Assembly: GCA_035525285.1 (NCBI GenBank)
Contig: DATLFB010000120.1
Location: 53,149 to 117,148, forward strand
Length of the DNA stretch: 64,000 nt
DNA from: Thermoanaerobaculia bacterium
GTDB lineage: Bacteria > Acidobacteriota > Thermoanaerobaculia > Gp7-AA8
Direction of reading: 5' to 3'
The notes under the pieces were generated by a model. It had not been told where the DNA came from. It saw only the letters and a program-made list of their open reading frames with translations, and searched no databases. Both the position numbers and the translations under genes were made by a program. Positions 60,901-64,000 of the stretch are shown one piece after another (the first letter of the stretch is position 1; every line of letters starts with the position of its first letter).

Positions 60901-62534
60901 TGGAGGACAGGCGATCTCGCCTGTCCGGACAGGCAGGATTGCCTGTCCTCCACGATCTCATCACGCAGCGGCGCGTGCTCGAGGTCACGATCGCGCGCGA
61001 GAAGCGCTTCATCGCCATCGAGGATGCGTCACGCTACCGCGATGCCCTCGGCACGCCGATTCCGCACGGCGTCGCGGAGCGGTATCAGCAGCCGGTGCAG
61101 GATCCGGTCGGCGATCTCGTGCTGCGCTTCGCTCGGACGCACGGCCCGTTCACGCCGCACGACGTCGCGCAGCGCTACGGCCTCGGCATCGCGGTGATCG
61201 CGGCCGCTCTCGAGCGCTTTGTCGAGCGTGGGCGGCTCATCGAAGGGGAGTTTCGTCCGGGGGGAACGCAGCGCGAGTGGTGCGAGGCGGACGTGTTGCG
61301 CACGGTGCGCAGACGCTCACTCGCGAAGCTGCGCAAGGAGGCGGAGCCTGTCGATCCGCCCGTGCTGGCGCGCCTGTTCGCGCACTGGCAGCACGCCGTG
61401 CGCAAACGGCGCGGGCTCGACGCGCTGCTCGAAGTGATCGAGTCGCTGCAGGGATTTCCGATGGCCGCGTCGATTTTCGAGAGCGAGATCCTCGCCGCGC
61501 GAGTCGAAGACTACAGGCCGTCGGATCTCGACACGCTCAGCGCGGCGGGCGAGATCGTGTGGGCGGGCGTCGAGCCGCTCGGGGAGCACGATGGGCGGAT
61601 CGCGTTGTATCTCACTGATCACTTGTCGCTGCTTGCCCCTCACCCTGGCCCTCTCCCCGCCGAGGCGGGGAGAGGGGACTCGGTTGTCGAATATCTGCGG
61701 GCGCATGGTGCGTCGTTTTTTGCGCAGATGCAGGCGGAGCTCGGCGGGTTTCCCGGCGCGCTCGTCGACGCGCTGTGGGAGCTTGTGTGGAAGGGCGCGA
61801 TCACGAACGACACGTTCCACGCGCTGCGCGCGTTCACGCGGCCGAAGCAGCCGCGCGCGAGCGGCTATCGCTCGCGGCGCGTCGCCCCCGCATCGACGCA
61901 GGGGCGGTGGTCGCTGGTCCCGCCGCCGGCGGGCAGCGACACGCAACGATCGAATGCGCTCGCGCAGCAGTTGCTCGCGCGCTACGGGATCGTGACGCGC
62001 GAGGCGGCCGGGTTCTCGGCCGTCTATCCGGTGCTAAAGGCGATGGAGGAAGCGGGCCGCATCCGCCGCGGCTACTTCATCGCCGGCCTCGGCGCGACGC
62101 AGTTCGCGAGCGCGGGTGCGGTCGATCTTCTGCGTTCGCTGCGCGACGAGCCCGAACAGGCGGAGACGCTGCTGCTCGCCGCGACCGATTCGGCGAATCC
62201 GTATGGCGCGATCGTGAAGTGGCCGGAATCGCAATGGACGCTGTCGCGCAGCGTCGGAGCGCATGTGATTCTTGTAAACGGCCTGATGGCCTGCTACCTC
62301 ACGCGCGGCGAGAAACAGCTCTTCGTCTTTCTGCCGGAAGACGAGCCGTTGCGATCGATGGTCGCGCGCGAGATCGCAAAGGCGCTGGCGTCGCTCGTTC
62401 CGGAGAAGCGCCGCGCGCTGCTCATCAGCGAGATCAACGACGAGCCGGCGTCGCGCAGCGCACTCGGGCCGTTTCTCGCCGAGGAGGGATTCGCGGCGAC
62501 GGCGATGGGTTATCAGCTGCGAGCGAAGAAATGA
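57987..62534 (+). CDS. lhr: Large ATP-dependent helicase Lhr (DEAD/DEAH superfamily 2, Lhr-core plus C-terminal extension)
   Basis: Walker A APTGSGKT; DEIH box FIVDEIHAL; helicase C motifs; about 1500 aa. Three different repeat families are in-frame: C at 58677-58756, B at 60900-60953, E at 61636-61680. Confidence 0.85.
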   Translation: MARSSKTDPALEPFHPAVQEWFAASFAAPTRAQTLGWPAIARGDWTLISAPTGSGKTLTAFLWALDRLMFAKPALSGAEGRPPKERRCRVMYVSPLKALAVDVERNLRAPLAGIANVARARGDDFTIPQIAIRTGDTPQSERARFLRNPADILITTPESLYLMLTSNAREMLRGIETFIVDEIHALVPNKRGAHMALSLERLAVLCDSTPQRIGLSATQRPLEEVAHFLGGCPVARLPSLPVKPTGQPGNRATGQPEIHDEFTDQTKARFRPITIIDTGEKKKFTLKVEVPVEDMAKLAEREIASGPASAGPRSPSIWPAIHPRLLELIRAHTSTLIFVNSRRLAERLAAAINELAGETLVQSHHGSIARAQRVEIEDALKSGKLPALVATSSLELGIDMGAIDLVIQIEAPPSIASGMQRIGRASHQVGAESSGIIFPKFRGDLVACAAVAEAMHEGKIEPTRYPRNPLDVLAQQIVAMVAVDAWHVDELFATIRGAAPFAELSRGVFEGVLDMLSGMYPSDEFAELRPRLTWDRVANTIIAREGAKRVAITNGGTIPDRGLYGVFLAGAEKNQSARVGELDEEMVFEAAVGETFILGASTWRIEEITLDKVIVTPAPGQPGKMPFWKADAAERTVPFGETIGRLVREIREAKPADAIRRLIKQHDLDKLAAENLLQYLNDQAEATGAVPDDRTVVIERVLDELGDWRVCVLTPFGGKIHAPWAMAVSAKVRAELAIDVESMWSDDGFIVRFPETDRPPAAELVLPDPDEIEPLLLRQLGASSMFAAKFREAAARALLLPRRRVQGRTPLWQQRKRAYDLLQVASRFGSFPIILEAYRECLRDVFDVPALVDITRRIQRRAIRVVTADTEKPSPFAASVLFRYAANFLYDGDAPLAERRAQALAIDQSQLRELLGEPELRELLDPEALAQTELELQHLDERHQARSADAIHDLLLRLGDLTASEIAARSEVEDRRSRLSGQAGLPVLHDLITQRRVLEVTIAREKRFIAIEDASRYRDALGTPIPHGVAERYQQPVQDPVGDLVLRFARTHGPFTPHDVAQRYGLGIAVIAAALERFVERGRLIEGEFRPGGTQREWCEADVLRTVRRRSLAKLRKEAEPVDPPVLARLFAHWQHAVRKRRGLDALLEVIESLQGFPMAASIFESEILAARVEDYRPSDLDTLSAAGEIVWAGVEPLGEHDGRIALYLTDHLSLLAPHPGPLPAEAGRGDSVVEYLRAHGASFFAQMQAELGGFPGALVDALWELVWKGAITNDTFHALRAFTRPKQPRASGYRSRRVAPASTQGRWSLVPPPAGSDTQRSNALAQQLLARYGIVTREAAGFSAVYPVLKAMEEAGRIRRGYFIAGLGATQFASAGAVDLLRSLRDEPEQAETLLLAATDSANPYGAIVKWPESQWTLSRSVGAHVILVNGLMACYLTRGEKQLFVFLPEDEPLRSMVAREIAKALASLVPEKRRALLISEINDEPASRSALGPFLAEEGFAATAMGYQLRAKK
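58677..58756. repeat. Family C repeat, full inverted pair, in-frame in lhr
   Basis: (GTTGCCCGG)x3-ccagtctcccagtgaagcctac-(CGGGCAACC)x4. Confidence 0.8.
60900..60953. repeat. Family B repeat in-frame in lhr
   Basis: Translated as VEDRRSRLSGQAGLPVLH. Confidence 0.85.
61636..61680. repeat. Family E repeat in-frame in lhr
   Basis: Encodes …APHPGPLPAEAGRGDS…. Confidence 0.75.
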
Positions 62535-63406
62535 AACGACCACCACTCTTCATCGCCGCCGTCGCCGTCATCGCACATCTCGTCTGCATCGACGAGTACG
62601 GCATCCGCGACGACACGCGGCGTTGATCCTGCTCACCGCCGCGCTCGCGCGGCGTTTCGGCGGCGGCGCGTTCGCGCAATCGCTCGCTGCGCTATGCGCG
62701 GCGATTGCGCCGTTCTACCTCAGCGTGACGCATTTTTTTTCGATGAACGCGTTCGAGCCGCTGCTGTGGATGGGCTGCGTCTGGATCGCGATGACGATCT
62801 TCGAAGGCGCTCCAAAGGAGGGCGGACGTCCCGTCCGCCTCAGTGGCGGACCGGAGGTCCGCCCTCCATACAAAGCATCCGAGAAGCGCTGGCTGTGGTT
62901 CGGCGCGCTGGCGGGCCTGTCGCTGCAGAACAAGCAGACGACTCTCTTCTTCGGCGCCGCGTTCGCGAGCCACGGAAACGCATCGCCTCGGCAGGCTCCC
63001 GCAGCACTACGCCGACATGCATGGCTGGCCCGAGATGGCCGCGACGGTCGCGCGCGTCTACGACACGCTGACGCCGGAAGAGAAAGCGAAGTGCGCGATC
63101 TTCGGCCAGAACTACGGTCAGGCGGGAGCGATCGACTTTTACGGACCGCGCTACGGACTGCCGAAGGCCATCAGCGCGCACCAGAACTACTTCTTCTGGG
63201 GCCCGCGCGGAGCCACCGGCGAGATCATGATCGTGATGGACGATGATCGCGAGACGCTGGAGCAGCTGTTCGCGCACGTCGAGGTAGTTGCCGTCGTCCG
63301 CCATCCCTACGCGATGCCGTACGAGAACGACAGGCCGGTGCACCTCTGCCGCGGGCTGAAGATGCCGGTGAGCGAGCTGTGGCCGAAGATCAGGATTTGG
63401 GCTTAG
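62531..63406 (+). pseudogene. Degraded glycosyltransferase family 39 (ArnT/PMT_2-like) gene: truncated N-terminus and at least two frame changes
   Basis: C-terminal …FYGPRYGLPKAISAHQNYFFWGP… is characteristic of ArnT-like GT39. Upstream TM region lies in another frame and a short leader ORF holds a DE motif. A family A repeat is embedded at 62816-62866. Confidence 0.45.
62816..62866. repeat. Family A repeat inside the degraded GT39 gene
   Basis: GGAGGGCGGACGTCCCGTCCGCC-tcagt-GGCGGACCGGAGGTCCGCCCTCC. Confidence 0.8.
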
Positions 63407-63450
63407 CGCCTGCGCAGCACGCTGCACGCAGCACCCTTATAATCCCCGCC

Positions 63451-63762
63451 ATGGCGATCATCCTGCCCGGCGGCCTCACCGCATCCGAGATCCGCGTGCT
63501 CCAGGAGTTCCGGCGCCTCAACGCCGATGCGCTCACGCTCGAGCAGATCAAGGCGATCAAGCATCCCGCGGGCGCCGGGGGAGAAGCGCCGGCGGTCACG
63601 CTGGTCGGGAAAGGCTTTCTCGAGGCTGACGGAAGCAGCGAAGGCTTCTCGCTCACCCAGAAAGCCAAGGACTTCCTTGCAATAGAGGCCGTGCCGCTCG
63701 TCGAAGAGACCAGCGAGATGGCGGCCTCAGCTGCTGCCGAGCCGGGCGCGGACGGCGTGTGA
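63451..63762 (+). CDS. Hypothetical protein
   Basis: ATG with upstream purine-rich stretch; no recognised domain. Confidence 0.35.
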   Translation: MAIILPGGLTASEIRVLQEFRRLNADALTLEQIKAIKHPAGAGGEAPAVTLVGKGFLEADGSSEGFSLTQKAKDFLAIEAVPLVEETSEMAASAAAEPGADGV

Positions 63763-63879
63763 TGCACAAGGATCAGTGCACTTCACAAATGCGCTAACGC
63801 GTATACTTTTCAGTCACTTAGCCGCTCCAGATGATTTCCATTTTCGGCGACTCCCGGCCAGTCGGACCCCTAAATTGCA

Positions 63880-63908
63880 TTGACTCAATGACTTAAGGGA
63901 GATACGAT
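63880..63908 (+). promoter_or_regulatory. Candidate sigma70-type promoter (TTGACT-17 bp-TACGAT) for the partial gene at 63936
   Basis: Read directly from the sequence in an AT-richer intergenic stretch. Confidence 0.3.
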
Positions 63909-63935
63909 GTCGGCCTGAGGACTGAAATGACGCAT

Positions 63936-64000
63936 GGCGACAAAACCAAAGCCAAAAAAGCAGCCAGCAAAGCCTCAGGGAGCAAGAAAAGCAGCAAAGC
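63936..64000 (+). CDS. 5' end of a gene encoding a Lys/Ala-rich N-terminus (partial; runs off the window)
   Basis: GAGGA SD 13 nt upstream; MTHGDKTKAKKAASKASGSKKSSK; preceded by a low-GC promoter-like region. Confidence 0.3.

Overview
The window is high-GC (about 68-70%) bacterial chromosome, densely coding and mostly housekeeping or envelope genes. Acidobacteria- or Gemmatimonadetes-like features include a giant protein of carboxypeptidase-regulatory-like domain repeats, many secreted peptidases, and PAS/GAF sensor kinases. Recognisable genes:

- three multi-domain sensor histidine kinases, one with a sigma54 NtrC-type regulator
- a secreted-protease neighbourhood (Zn metalloprotease with P-domain, M14 carboxypeptidase, PrcB-like protein)
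- glgA, a Memo-like gene, a GAF (fRMsr-like) gene
- a translationally coupled [NiFe]-hydrogenase maturation operon: hypF-hypC-hypD-hypE, HypX split into separate formyltransferase and crotonase ORFs, a nickel permease and a hydrolase, with a divergent MerR regulator
- an LPS inner-core operon (waaA, a fused lpxK-lpxL ORF, waaF)
- hflX, mazG, yidD, a frameshifted nth, hutU, an acyl-CoA desaturase, a Ser/Thr kinase with TPR repeats, dnaB, nfeD, GT2, a LamG-like protein, a doubly frameshifted amidohydrolase, an MBL hydrolase, a large Lhr helicase and a degraded GT39 gene

The most striking content is at least six families of short GC-rich palindromic MITE/REP-like repeats, about 35 copies and roughly 4% of the window. 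They sit at gene ends and, unusually, in-frame inside well-conserved CDSs (hypF, hypE, hypX, lhr, waaA, GT2, a sensor kinase, the secreted protease). Every family is stop-codon-free in all six frames, which recalls Rickettsia palindromic elements. One repeat lies exactly at the hypX domain split. A roughly 1.35 kb lower-GC island covers the TPR tail of the Ser/Thr kinase and a small ORF. No tRNA, rRNA, CRISPR, transposase or integrase was found.
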